Notes: a model not told the origin generated them from the letters alone. A stretch of 35,886 nt of DNA from Candidatus Woesearchaeota archaeon (GCA_018302265.1 JAGVZV010000008.1:1-35886), one strand, 5' to 3'; positions 24,794 to 35,200 are shown, counted from the first letter of the stretch. Numbers and translations are program-made.

Positions 24794-27109
24794 ATGAGCA
24801 AAACTATAGTATGGTTCAAAGATATTTCTGAGGATGAATTAGAATTAGTTGGTGGAAAAGCCCTTAATCTAGGGGTTATGTACAACTTAAAATTACCTGT
24901 GCCTCCTGGGTTTGTTGTTACAACACAAGCTTATAAACAATTTCTTGAAGAAACAAAATTAGATAAAAAAATATATTCATTATTAAAAAGTCTAGATATC
25001 CAAGATACAGAAAAACTGGAAAAAACAGCAAAACACATACAAGAATTAATGCTAGATAGAGATATTCCAGAAAATATAGCAAATGAAATAAAATTTGCTT
25101 ATGAAAATATTTCTATTGACTTATCCGTGTACAGAACTGCATCCAAAGCAGCATTAGATATAATAAAAGCAGGTCGTGATATTCCCTGGGTTGCTGTTCG
25201 TTCGAGTGCAACTGCCGAGGACAGGCCAGAAGCGAGTTTTGCTGGCCAACAGGAAACTTTTTTGAATATCAAAGGGGGAAATAATATTGTTCGTGCAGTG
25301 CAGAGATGTTGGGCTTCTTTGTTTACTGCAAGGGCAATTTATTACAGGGTAAAAAATAATTTTCTGCATGAAGAAGTTTTGATAGCTGTCGTTATACAAA
25401 AAATGATTGATTCTGAAACATCTGGAGTAATGTTTTCTATTAACCCTGCTACAAACAATAAAAACGAAATCCTAATTGAAGCTGGTTTTGGTTTGGGAGA
25501 GGCAATAGTAGGAGGTCAAATAATTCCTGATATTTATATTGTAGATAAAAATTCTTATGAAATAAGAGATAAAAAAATTTCAATACAAACATGGATGTAT
25601 GCTCGTGATGAAGGGCTTAGAAAAACAACAAAGATTCAACTAAGCCCAACAAAAGCTAAAGAACAAAAATTAACGGAGGATCAGATAGTAAGATTAGCAG
25701 AATTCGGAAAAAAACTAGAAAAACATTATAATAAACCGCAAGATATAGAATATGCTGTTGAACATGGTCGCATCTACATTGTACAAACAAGAGCTGTAAC
25801 AACAGAAGAAAAAGTAAAAAAAGCAAGATCTCATGAAGAGATAAATGCTACTCCAATTCTAATAGGTCTCGGAGCAAGCCCGGGAATTGCATCTGGTGTT
25901 GTTAAAATAGTACATGATATTAATGAATTATCAAAGATACAAAAGGGGGATGTTCTTGTAACTGTAATGACAAATCCAGACTTCGTTGTTGCGATGGAAA
26001 AGGCATGTGCTATAATAACAGACGAGGGAGCAATGACAAGTCATGCTGCTATAGTATCAAGAGAGATGGGAATTCCCTGTGTCACTGGAACGGAAAAAGC
26101 AACAAAAATATTCACAGATGGAATGATTATAACTGTTGATGGAACTAATGGTAAAATTTATAAAGGAAATCCAGAATTAGAGGAAATACAAAAAGAAAAG
26201 ATTGAATATCCTTACAAGGAAACAAAAACTAAGATTTATATGAATCTTGGAGAGCCTGATAAGATTGATGATTATAAAGATTTATACTTTGATGGCATTG
26301 GTTTAATGCGATTGGAGTTTGTAATTGCAAATAAAGTTGGAGAGCATCCAAATTATTTGATAAGAACAGGACAGCAAAGAAAATATGTTGATGAATTATA
26401 TGAAGGAATTAAAAAAGTAGCTTCAAATATTGAAGGGAAACCAGTAATTGTAAGATTCTCAGATTTCAAGACAAATGAATACAAGGATCTGAAAGGAGGA
26501 GATGAATTTGAGCCACACGAAGAAAATCCAATGATTGGCTGGCGCGGTGTTTCAAGATATACCAGCGATGAATTCAAGGACGCTTTTAAACTGGAGTGCA
26601 AAGCAATTAAAAAAGTGCGCGAGGAATTCAAGAATGTTCATATCATGCTTCCATTTGTAAGAACTATAAAAGAGGTTAACAAATGCATAGAAATAATGAA
26701 GGAAGCTGGATTGGAGAAGAATGAAAAATTTAAGATATTCTTAATGGCAGAGGTTCCTTCAATGGCACTTATCCCGGAAGAATTTGCAGAACTGGATATA
26801 GACGGAGTTTCTATCGGAAGCAATGATTTAACACAATTATGTCTTGGTGTTGATCGTGATTCATCCAGATTGGGAAGAATGGGTTATTTTGATGAAAGAA
26901 ACCACGCAGTATTAAAAGCAATACATAATATTATTTCTGTATTCAAAGAAAAAGGAAAAACTGTCTCGCTGTGCGGACAGGCTGCATCAGAGTATAAAGA
27001 ATTTGTTGAATTTTTGGTAAAGGAAGGAATCGATTCTGTCTCAGTAAATCCGGATGTTGTTAATAAAGTAAGATTTGATGTTTACGATGTAGAAAATAGC
27101 AAAGCTTGA
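24794..27109 (+). CDS. ppsA: Phosphoenolpyruvate synthase
   Basis: VGGKA.NLG, VRSSATAED, SFAGQQET, TSHAAIVSRE, EENPMIGWRG, SIGSNDLTQ. Confidence 0.96.
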   Translation: MSKTIVWFKDISEDELELVGGKALNLGVMYNLKLPVPPGFVVTTQAYKQFLEETKLDKKIYSLLKSLDIQDTEKLEKTAKHIQELMLDRDIPENIANEIKFAYENISIDLSVYRTASKAALDIIKAGRDIPWVAVRSSATAEDRPEASFAGQQETFLNIKGGNNIVRAVQRCWASLFTARAIYYRVKNNFLHEEVLIAVVIQKMIDSETSGVMFSINPATNNKNEILIEAGFGLGEAIVGGQIIPDIYIVDKNSYEIRDKKISIQTWMYARDEGLRKTTKIQLSPTKAKEQKLTEDQIVRLAEFGKKLEKHYNKPQDIEYAVEHGRIYIVQTRAVTTEEKVKKARSHEEINATPILIGLGASPGIASGVVKIVHDINELSKIQKGDVLVTVMTNPDFVVAMEKACAIITDEGAMTSHAAIVSREMGIPCVTGTEKATKIFTDGMIITVDGTNGKIYKGNPELEEIQKEKIEYPYKETKTKIYMNLGEPDKIDDYKDLYFDGIGLMRLEFVIANKVGEHPNYLIRTGQQRKYVDELYEGIKKVASNIEGKPVIVRFSDFKTNEYKDLKGGDEFEPHEENPMIGWRGVSRYTSDEFKDAFKLECKAIKKVREEFKNVHIMLPFVRTIKEVNKCIEIMKEAGLEKNEKFKIFLMAEVPSMALIPEEFAELDIDGVSIGSNDLTQLCLGVDRDSSRLGRMGYFDERNHAVLKAIHNIISVFKEKGKTVSLCGQAASEYKEFVEFLVKEGIDSVSVNPDVVNKVRFDVYDVENSKA

Positions 27110-27125
27110 TTACCATCTAAAAAGT

Positions 27126-27431
27126 TTAATCCATTCTTTGTAATCTCCATATTCCTCCATTAAAATGGCTTCTGCCTTTGTTTTTTACGAAACCCATTTT
27201 CTTTAAACTTAATGTTCCAGACTTATTACCTTTTATATGTGATCGGATAGAATTAGAAGTTATATTTAGAATATTTGATAATTCTTCATGCAGTTTTAAT
27301 AAATTATTAACTAAATTTTCTTCAAATTTGATAACATAATTCTTTTTTGTTTTTCCTTTTCTTGCTTTCTTCCAAGATTTAACAAGATTGCTTATAGAAA
27401 AAACTTCTTGGTAAGGGTGTTCATTATTCAT
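27126..27431 (-). pseudogene. Truncated DGR RT (first ~51 aa) fused to an unrelated ~50-aa tail
   Basis: WKKARKGKTKKNYVIKFEENL..NLLKLHEEL resembles the N-terminus of RT 12540..13583; no catalytic motifs follow. Confidence 0.85.
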
Positions 27432-27455
27432 AAAAAATGTTCTGTTAGCCAAAAC

Positions 27456-27536
27456 TATTCCAAACAAAGAACCATAATCAAGGTCCAAGTACCTGTAGTC
27501 GCCATAGAAATCAGACCTGTTACCATAGTCAATCCT
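27456..27536 (-). repeat. TR-position repeat of the second, decayed DGR
   Basis: Directly upstream of the RT remnant; aligns to 27735-27812 with 10 mismatches at A, 6 at non-A and a 3-nt gap. Confidence 0.8.
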
Positions 27537-27599
27537 AAAATTGGCGTGTAGCTCTGGCTAAACCAGAACAAATTATTTTAGAATTTGAATTTAAAAGAC

Positions 27600-28357
27600 T
27601 TACTCTTGGTATAATTTACGTATTCTACACTCAAAATCGTTTCTTGAAGCATCTGGAACAAATGGTTTGGATACTTCTAATATTTGCTTTAAAGTAGGGC
27701 TTACAAGTTTTTGCGTGGCTTCGCCATCTTCTAATACCCCAAACAAAGAACCACTAACACCGCCCAAGTCCCTGTCGCCGCCATCGAAAGCAGACCAGCC
27801 ACAGCCAATCCTACGAAGCCAAAGTGCTATTGAATAGTCTTCCGTTCTAACTTCTGGAAGACAAAATGTTACTTCTTGGATTTCTGCGTTGTTTCTTAAA
27901 AATAATCCATATTGATTAGCCACTTCTTTTCCTTGAGCTAGATATACAATTCCCTTGTCATCTGAAAAACAGTCTGTAGGAACATTATGAGTTGTTAACT
28001 GCCCAAGGTCTAAAACTCTTTTCTTAGATATTGACTTTTTGGAATCCTTTTCTGCTACTTCTAAAAGCACATCTCTTGCTGGCTTACCATCAAGCAAGAT
28101 ATCCTTTGTTAGTAAAAATTTATTATTATTTTCATGTAAATCTACTGCTCTTTGAGCATATTTAATTAAAGGATTGTATTCTGCTCTGGCAGCTAAAACT
28201 CTTCCATCAACAACATTAAAATTTTCTGAAAACCAAGCTCCATTTTTACAAGCATCAGAATTACGTATAGCATTCCTTCTTTAGCTGTTGCAAATCTTTG
28301 ATTGCCTGATTGTTTAAGGCAATGCGCAAAATTTCCATTATACCGTTGCAGTTTCAT
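27600..28357 (-). pseudogene. Frameshifted DGR target gene of the second locus
   Basis: ATG at 28357 (MKLQRYNG...FATAKEG); frame change near 28270-28282 into ..IRNSDACKNGAWF.., which continues into ORF 27600..28097; contains VR4 and a TGGC-GAA-GCCA hairpin at 27716-27726. Confidence 0.7.
27735..27812 (-). repeat. Variable repeat VR4 (internal, followed by about 44 codons)
   Basis: Encodes RIGCGWSAFDGGDRDLGGVSGSLFGV, colinear with 27456-27536. Confidence 0.8.
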
Positions 28358-28375
28358 GCTAATCTCATGATAATT

Positions 28376-28421
28376 ACTTGTTTATAAATCTTTCTATTGT
28401 TGTTATTTTAAAGAAGTAACA
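28376..28421 (-). promoter_or_regulatory. TATA plus palindromic element shared with 19433-19479
   Basis: TTTATAAA box; ttgttgttattttaaagaagtaaca. Confidence 0.65.
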
Positions 28422-28494
28422 TAATCTGCTAGATAAAACTAATAGACTTAAAAAACCTTTATAAACTTCTTCTAATTGAACTTAATAAAAGGAG

Positions 28495-28713
28495 GTGCAT
28501 AAAATGTTGGAAACACTTGCTTTGCTTGGAACAGGCTTTTTAGCATTGATCATAGTCCTGTCTATATGGGAAGCTATATGGAAAGGCTTTGGTATGTGGA
28601 GATCTGCAAGAAACGGGCATTTAGTATGGTTCGTATGCATACTAGTCCTAAATACTATTGGAATACTGCCAATAATCTACTTGTTGCTGCATCCAAAAAA
28701 GAAAAGAAAGTAA
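28495..28713 (+). CDS. Small membrane protein (DUF5652-like)
   Basis: WKGFGMWRSAR...WF....NTIGILPIIY; GGAGG RBS, start may be ATG 28504. Confidence 0.8.
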   Translation: MHKMLETLALLGTGFLALIIVLSIWEAIWKGFGMWRSARNGHLVWFVCILVLNTIGILPIIYLLLHPKKKRK

Positions 28714-28741
28714 TTTAAACTAATTCTTTTTTTATTTTTAT

Positions 28742-29389
28742 ATGGATAATATCTCTGATGTAATGGATATTTTATTGAAAAGATACAGGAAACATAGACA
28801 GCCAACAATAAGAAGAACCTCTAAAGAGAATAGTCCTTTCAAGGTTTTAATAACTTGTTTACTATCTCTAAGAACGCAGGATAAAAACACAGAAATAGCA
28901 TCTGATAATTTATTTCAGCATGTTAAAAAATCAGAAGATATAATAAAAATGCCTGTTAAAAAACTTGAAAAATTAATCTATTCTTCAGGTCATTATAAAA
29001 AGAAGGCAAGAACAATAAAGCATGTTACCAGAGAAATAATTTCCAGATTCAATAATAAAGTTCCTTCAAATAAAGAGGATTTATTATCCATAAAAGGAAT
29101 TGGACCAAAAACAGCAAATATTGTATTAAGTTTCGCTTACGGAAAAATGGTCTTGCCAATTGATACTCATTGCCACCACATTCCCAATCGATTAGGGTGG
29201 GTGAAAACTAAAACTCCAGAGCAAACAGAGAAAGAACTTGAAAAGATTTTGCCTAAAAAATACTGGAAAGAGTTCAATACAACAATAATCTTGTTTGGTA
29301 AATCAATTTGTTTGCCTATTTCACCAAAGTGCTCTATCTGTCCTGTATTTAGGTACTGCAAAAAAATAGGAGTGACGATATCAAGGTAA
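28742..29389 (+). CDS. nth: Endonuclease III
   Basis: HhH motif IKGIGPKTA, PIDTH, and Cx6Cx2Cx5C Fe-S cluster. Confidence 0.94.
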   Translation: MDNISDVMDILLKRYRKHRQPTIRRTSKENSPFKVLITCLLSLRTQDKNTEIASDNLFQHVKKSEDIIKMPVKKLEKLIYSSGHYKKKARTIKHVTREIISRFNNKVPSNKEDLLSIKGIGPKTANIVLSFAYGKMVLPIDTHCHHIPNRLGWVKTKTPEQTEKELEKILPKKYWKEFNTTIILFGKSICLPISPKCSICPVFRYCKKIGVTISR

Positions 29390-29405
29390 GAAGAATAGAA
29401 CAATT

Positions 29406-29876
29406 TTATATTTTATTCCAAGGGGGAGCATATTTAATATACCCTTTTTGTATTTTCCCTTTTAATTTTTTAAATCCTGGCTTTATTATTTTTCTGCAAT
29501 TTTTTGATCCACACCTGCACTTCATCATCCAGATATCTGCTGGATTGGAATCAATAGTATAATCGCATGTAATCTCTTGTCCTTTTTTTATAGGTTTTAT
29601 AGATATTAGTTGCTCGTTATAGATGTTTGCATGCTTGAAATAAGAATTTGGGTCACATGAATGATTGATATATCGCTCCGGAGACTTCATGATGGAATAT
29701 TTATTAGAACCAACATAGCTCATGTGATTTTGGTAGTGATAAGACACGGAAGAGGCTTCTTTTTCTGATAGCAGATTATTATGCTTTATTTTTAAGATAG
29801 TTTTTCCCTTCCTAAAATTTTTTCCGGCAAAAACCCCCTTCCCTTTCTTTCCTATATTTTTGATGACAATATTCAT
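29406..29876 (-). CDS. SET domain lysine methyltransferase with post-SET region
   Basis: GKGVFA, YINHSCDPN, EITCDY, CRCGSKNCR. Confidence 0.92.
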   Translation of the reverse strand: MNIVIKNIGKKGKGVFAGKNFRKGKTILKIKHNNLLSEKEASSVSYHYQNHMSYVGSNKYSIMKSPERYINHSCDPNSYFKHANIYNEQLISIKPIKKGQEITCDYTIDSNPADIWMMKCRCGSKNCRKIIKPGFKKLKGKIQKGYIKYAPPWNKI

Positions 29877-31160
29877 TTAATGGATATAACCCCATGTATG
29901 CAGCCTATCACTATCAGTGCTCCATTTATCTCCTATATCAGTCCTGTAATACATGTTTTGTATAAGTATGTTCTTAATACGGTTATATGTCTGCTTTCTT
30001 GCATCTTCAACTGTAATGCCTGATCCAGTAACAACCAATAAATAACCAGAGTCTATTGCTAGGTACCAATCACCATCAACCATCTTTATGTCCCCAAGAT
30101 GAATGCCCTCCAAGTTAGGTTTTTTGAATATGATTGAACATTCACTGTAAATTTCAAATTCTTTTTTGTCCTTGTAAGGCCATGGTGGAACACCAACTAC
30201 AACCCCTATCTGAAATCCTCTTTTTGTTTTAAGTGTAAAACTTTCCCCTCTAGCAAGCTTCCATAACCACTCACCTACCGGAGTTAAAATCCCCTCTAAT
30301 TGTATTGATATTGTTGGATAACCAAATCTGCAGGTCCATTCCAATGGGTATATTCCATTCCCATTTGCAATACAATTGATATCGATATAACCAACATAAT
30401 TGCATGCAGCCAGAGAATCCTTCATCTTTTCTAAAGTCAGTTTAAATATATTATTTGGCTCGCTCCAGTACATTAAAGTGCCTTGCTCCCCTGTATTTGG
30501 TCCTATGTCCCCAGGAAATAATCTTTTGTGCTCAAAATTTACATTGATGGGGTAAATAAAATCCTTTCCGTTAAAAAACGCGCCTACTGCTATCTCAACG
30601 CCCTGTGCATATTTTTGCAACTGGAATTTTTTAATCTTTTTAGACCAGGTTTTTTTGTTATGCTCAAGTATTTCTATTAAATCCTCCCCTGTATCCTCTT
30701 GACCGATAAACAAAATGCCTTTTTGGTCTGCAGTTATTGTACCTGATGGTTTGAATACATAACGCCCCTTATTTTCTTTGATAAATGTTATTGCATCATC
30801 AAAATCTGCAAAATCCCAATGAGGCAGTATCAACATTCCGGCTTTTTTCATCTCATCCTGCCCAAACTCTCTGTCCTCTTCTAATTTATCTGTATACTCG
30901 CTACATCCGATTACAAGCTTTCCTGGCTTACGCAATAAATCTGCAATCTTACCAAAACCAGCGTCGTCAAAAATTATTACGTCCGCCCAATCCTTATAAT
31001 CCTCCCAATTATCCACTTTATCAATGAAACCATCGTAAACTACTTTATCCTCCACATTTCTTGTATAAAATTTTACTTCGTGCCCCTCTTGTTTGACTTT
31101 CCATGCCAGATCCCCGCTTAGGGCCTCCCAAGAAATAAATAAAAACTTTTTAGGAACAAA
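29877..31160 (-). CDS. PurD-like ATP-grasp ligase; start uncertain
   Basis: LEEDREFG, FEHKRLFPGDIGPNTGEQG, LEWTCRFGYP, YRTDIG; frame stays open above GTG 31055 (KKFLFISW...EGHEV) with no ATG/GTG/TTG. Confidence 0.75.
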   Translation of the reverse strand, partial: FVPKKFLFISWEALSGDLAWKVKQEGHEVKFYTRNVEDKVVYDGFIDKVDNWEDYKDWADVIIFDDAGFGKIADLLRKPGKLVIGCSEYTDKLEEDREFGQDEMKKAGMLILPHWDFADFDDAITFIKENKGRYVFKPSGTITADQKGILFIGQEDTGEDLIEILEHNKKTWSKKIKKFQLQKYAQGVEIAVGAFFNGKDFIYPINVNFEHKRLFPGDIGPNTGEQGTLMYWSEPNNIFKLTLEKMKDSLAACNYVGYIDINCIANGNGIYPLEWTCRFGYPTISIQLEGILTPVGEWLWKLARGESFTLKTKRGFQIGVVVGVPPWPYKDKKEFEIYSECSIIFKKPNLEGIHLGDIKMVDGDWYLAIDSGYLLVVTGSGITVEDARKQTYNRIKNILIQNMYYRTDIGDKWSTDSDRLHTWGYIH

Positions 31161-31193
31161 GTTTAAATTATTTCTTCTATTTTTAAAACAAGG

Positions 31194-32147
31194 ATGATAT
31201 CACAAAAAGACAGAGAATTACTGGAGAAGCAGCATTATGCAGTAATAGGAAACCACAGCGCATCAAAGATGTGCTCGTGGACAAAAAAATCCATAAAAAA
31301 TGAGGGTGTTTGTTACAAAGAAAAATTCTATGGTATAAAATCACATCGTTGTTGTCAGATGACTCCTTGCCTGGCCTGCACAAATTCATGCTTGTTCTGC
31401 TGGAGAAATGTAACACAGAATACCTCCTCTGGATGGAAAGATGAATGGAAAGCAGATGATCCTGAATTTATTATAGAAGAGTGCATAAAATCACAAAAAA
31501 AATTAATTTCTGGCTTGGGCGGGTTGAAGGAGACAAACAAAACAAAATTCAGGGAGGCACAAGAGCCTATGAACTTTGCTATCTCCCTAACTGGAGAACC
31601 AACTTTATATCCAAAATTAAGTGGATTAATCAGGTCATTGCATAAAAAAGGAAAAACTACTTTTCTTGTAACAAACGGTTTGTTTCCGGAGGTAATTAAA
31701 AATCTAGAGATGCCGACCCAGTTATATATTTCATTGGATGCTCCTAATGAAGAGATATACACAAAAATTGATAATTCATTGATCGACGATGCCTGGAGCA
31801 GATTAAATAAGACACTGAGCTTATTAAAAAATCTAAAGACCAGAACAGCCATAAGATTGACGTTGGTAAAAAAATTAAACATGTGCAACCCCAAGGATTA
31901 TGGAATACTAATTGACCGTGCTTCTCCCATGTTTGTTGAGGTAAAGGGGTTTATGAATCTCGGTTGTTCAAGAAGCAGATTAAAATGGGAACAAATGCCA
32001 ACATTCCAAGAGGTAAAAGAATTTGCAAAATCCCTAGAAAAATATTCTTCATACAAAATAAGAGACGAGCAAGAGGCTTCAAGGGTTGTGCTAATGATGA
32101 GGAAGGGCTTCATGGAGAGAAAATTAACTGTGCAGAGTATAAAATAA
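31194..32147 (+). CDS. taw1: 4-demethylwyosine synthase (radical SAM)
   Basis: HSASKMCSWTK, CYKEKFYGIKSHRC, CTNSCLFCWR, ISLTGEPTLY. Confidence 0.94.
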   Translation: MISQKDRELLEKQHYAVIGNHSASKMCSWTKKSIKNEGVCYKEKFYGIKSHRCCQMTPCLACTNSCLFCWRNVTQNTSSGWKDEWKADDPEFIIEECIKSQKKLISGLGGLKETNKTKFREAQEPMNFAISLTGEPTLYPKLSGLIRSLHKKGKTTFLVTNGLFPEVIKNLEMPTQLYISLDAPNEEIYTKIDNSLIDDAWSRLNKTLSLLKNLKTRTAIRLTLVKKLNMCNPKDYGILIDRASPMFVEVKGFMNLGCSRSRLKWEQMPTFQEVKEFAKSLEKYSSYKIRDEQEASRVVLMMRKGFMERKLTVQSIK

Positions 32148-32235
32148 TAAAAATCACTTGGGATATAAATCTTAATAAATGAGACTCATTTAAAATGTGC
32201 ATAGATAATTTTAAATATGAATATAAGTCTTATTA

Positions 32236-33043
32236 TTGAAAATGGCATATTCAGAAAATGCAGATGTGATAATTATTGAAGCAAATTACGACAGAACATC
32301 TTCATATGGAAAGGGTTCTAACAAAGCACCAAAAGCAATTAAGAAAATTTTTGACAACCAAATTGAAATTTATGAGAGAATTACAGGATTAAACCCGGCT
32401 GAAGATCTTAGAATCGAATTTCAGGATTTGGGAGATCTAAACACATTATCTCCTGAAAAAATGGTCAGTAAAATAAAAAAAGTGTTTAAAAATTTATATA
32501 AAAAAAATAAATTTATTATTACACTGGGGGGAGAGCATTCTATTACAAACGGGCCTCTTGAAGCAATAAGCGAATTAAGCAAGTCTTCAGATATCACGGT
32601 AGTGCAGATTGATGCGCATTTTGATTTAAGGCCAGATGATTCAGATTATAGTCCAAGACCATGGGGAAAATACAAGAACTTATCATGGTAAATTAGAATT
32701 AGAATTTGCCAAAAATAATAATATAAAGTTCTTTGAGTGGGGAAAAGATGGAGATCCAAGAATAAAAAATATAATAAAAGCTATCCCAACAAAGAATGTT
32801 TATTTGACAATAGATGTGGACGGATTTGACCCATCTGTAATGCCCTCAACAGGAACTCCTGTTCCAGATGGAATACAATGGAGATATGGCATGAATCTAT
32901 TAAAAGAGATTTTTAATTCAAAAAATGTGATAGCAGCGGATATAGCAGAAGTCATACCTGAAAGAAGCACAACCTACAATGCAGCCCAATTATTGTATTA
33001 TTTGATAGCACTAAAGCAAAAGGATATTCTTGCAAAAAAATAA
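32236..33043 (+). pseudogene. speB: Agmatinase, frameshifted with an apparent internal deletion
   Basis: GGEHS and DAHFDLR in ORF 32236..32691; TIDVDGFDP..PSTGTP and AEV.P in ORF 32636..33043; the SH...GIR segment is missing at about 32673. Confidence 0.8.
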
Positions 33044-34825
33044 TTACTTAATATATCCTCCTCTTTGCAGATTCCACAATCTTCTGTACATACCTTTATT
33101 CTTTATCAAATCACTGTGTTTTCCCTTTTGCACTACCTTTTCCTTATCTACAACAATAATCATATCGGCATTCATTATTGTGGACAACCTGTGTGCTATT
33201 ATAACCGAGGTTCTACCCCTCATTAATTTTGGCAGATCTTTCTGGATATCGTGCTCGGTCTTTGAATCAAGAGATGATGTAGCCTCATCCAACACTAAAA
33301 CCTTTTTATTTGCTAATAAAGCCCTTGCTATTGAAACCCTTTGTTTTTCTCCGCCAGACAGTTTTACTCCGCGCTCACCAACAATGGTATTCTCTTTCTT
33401 TGGAAATTTGTTTATTATTTTATCCAGTTGCGCAAACTTGATTGCTTTAAATACATTCTGCCTAGAAGCTTTTGGATTTGAGAAAATTAGATTGTTGTAT
33501 ATTGTGTCATCAAATAGTATACACTCTTGCGGAACAATGCTTAATTCTGACCTTAATGATTCCTGTTTAAAATCCCTTATATCCCTGCCATCTATTAAAA
33601 TACTGCCTGAGTCAACATCATAAAACCTGTACAATAATTTGACCAGTGTTGTCTTCCCTGATCCGGATGGTCCAACCAGTGCAACCTTTTTGTGCTTGGG
33701 TATTTTAAGATTAAAATTCTTGAATATTATCCTGTTTCCATACGTAAATGTAACATTCTTAAATTCGATATTTCCATCGCGGATTTTTAATTCCTTTGCA
33801 TTTTCTTTGTCTTTTATCTCATTTTTAATCTTTCCGTACTGGAATAAGGATTCAAAATCAGCCATAGCATCATAAAAGGTTCTTACACCATGGACAAAAC
33901 CAAATAACGGGCTTATCAGAGATCCGTATGTTGAATATATAAAAACAAGAGTGCCGATGGTTATCTCGTGATTCAATAACTTAAGGATGGGGAAATAAAC
34001 AATTAGAAACGTTCCAACTCCAAGTATTAATGCCTCTCCTGCACTAGTCCACCTGTAATAATTCCAGTTCTTGAGGACGGCCTTTCTTGTAAGTTCTGAT
34101 ATTTTGGCAAATTTTTTCTTTATTAAAAATTCCTTTCCAAAATATTTTATTGAGTCTATATTTGTGAATATATCGCTAATATTGGCTTTTTCCGTGTCAT
34201 CTGTATTATTTCTTCTAATGCTGGAATCTTGCTGCAATCTGCTCATCCAAAGGTTGAATATAATAAAAACAACCATAACACTCATTGTTATTAAAGCGGA
34301 TAGCCAATCAAAATATATTAAAGCTGCAGCTGAAACCAAGGTTTGGAATATTAATGGAGAAAAATTAAAGGCAATAACATCCGTCAAATGCTCAATCGCC
34401 TTTCCTCCACGGATTAATTTGGATATTAATGCCCCGGTTTTTACTGAAGTAAAAAATTTATGCGACAGATTAATCAAGTGATTGAAATACTTTCTTTTTA
34501 GATCCATTATTGCACTCGATTCTAAAACATTTATGGTGTGCAATTCCAACCAGTTTAGCAGTGTTCTGGACAGGATTAGACCCAAAAATACAATTAGCAA
34601 GAAAATAAGAAAACCAACAAAATTTTCTAAAGTAATGCTTCCTATTGAAAAACTAGTTCCATTATCAACCAATAATTTGAATAAATATCTGTCTAATAAA
34701 AAAGTAGCTTGTGTTAGTAATATGATTAATAGTAAACCAGTATAGATGTACTTATACTTTTTAACAAGAGTGTAATAAATACGCAAATTATACTTATAAT
34801 CTATTTTTTTCTTGGTGTATGCCAT
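33044..34825 (-). CDS. ABC exporter, fused permease and ATPase
   Basis: N-terminal TM helices; GPSGSGKT, LSGGEKQR, LDEATS, AHRLST. Confidence 0.94.
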   Translation of the reverse strand: MAYTKKKIDYKYNLRIYYTLVKKYKYIYTGLLLIILLTQATFLLDRYLFKLLVDNGTSFSIGSITLENFVGFLIFLLIVFLGLILSRTLLNWLELHTINVLESSAIMDLKRKYFNHLINLSHKFFTSVKTGALISKLIRGGKAIEHLTDVIAFNFSPLIFQTLVSAAALIYFDWLSALITMSVMVVFIIFNLWMSRLQQDSSIRRNNTDDTEKANISDIFTNIDSIKYFGKEFLIKKKFAKISELTRKAVLKNWNYYRWTSAGEALILGVGTFLIVYFPILKLLNHEITIGTLVFIYSTYGSLISPLFGFVHGVRTFYDAMADFESLFQYGKIKNEIKDKENAKELKIRDGNIEFKNVTFTYGNRIIFKNFNLKIPKHKKVALVGPSGSGKTTLVKLLYRFYDVDSGSILIDGRDIRDFKQESLRSELSIVPQECILFDDTIYNNLIFSNPKASRQNVFKAIKFAQLDKIINKFPKKENTIVGERGVKLSGGEKQRVSIARALLANKKVLVLDEATSSLDSKTEHDIQKDLPKLMRGRTSVIIAHRLSTIMNADMIIVVDKEKVVQKGKHSDLIKNKGMYRRLWNLQRGGYIK

Positions 34826-35023
34826 TTTCTACTTTTATATGCTAAACCGGGAAACAATTTATAATGCACACGGCCATAAAACAGGCAAATACTCTAAAAA
34901 GAGCGATGTATCTGATGAAGAAATTGAAGATTCATCATAACATACACCTCTTTTTTATATTCTCTTTTTCAAGGATTTAAATATTTATCTCCATAAGCGT
35001 TTTAGGATGGTTTTGTTCTAGAA

Positions 35024-35200
35024 TTAGGAAAAATTCAAACCTGCAAGTATCAGAGAAGCATTAACGAGAGTTCCCACAATCTACTGAGGATGTCCAATTA
35101 GTAAAGGAACAAAAAATGTGATTGCAGAATACGCAAGAAATTCAATAGGTTCATTAGCGTTTGAAAGAATATAGTTTGTTTGATATAAATTTTTAAACAT
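35024..35200 (-). pseudogene. Remnant of a membrane protein gene (MFKNL...FFVPLLIGHPQ*IVGTLVNASLILAG)
   Basis: Hydrophobic frame broken by TAG at 35081-35083; the Q.IVGT.VNA pattern recalls ECF S-component-like proteins (from memory, unverified). Confidence 0.35.

Noticed and set aside
28420..28465. Possible displaced ppsA C-terminus (HNLLDKTNRLKKPL) beyond the second DGR
   Set aside because: No alignable similarity to the ppsA end in this window; too short to support
31130..31176. BHB-like fold as an mRNA intron
   Set aside because: One bulge is 4 nt, and excision would delete the plausible KKFLF segment without creating a start codon
33030..34745. Long antisense ORFs over the ABC exporter (and similar ones over taw1 and ppsA)
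   Set aside because: Shadow frames of well-supported genes on the other strand
35024..35200. Stop-codon reassignment suggested by an in-frame TAG
   Set aside because: TAG, TGA and TAA all terminate intact genes in the window; local decay explains it better
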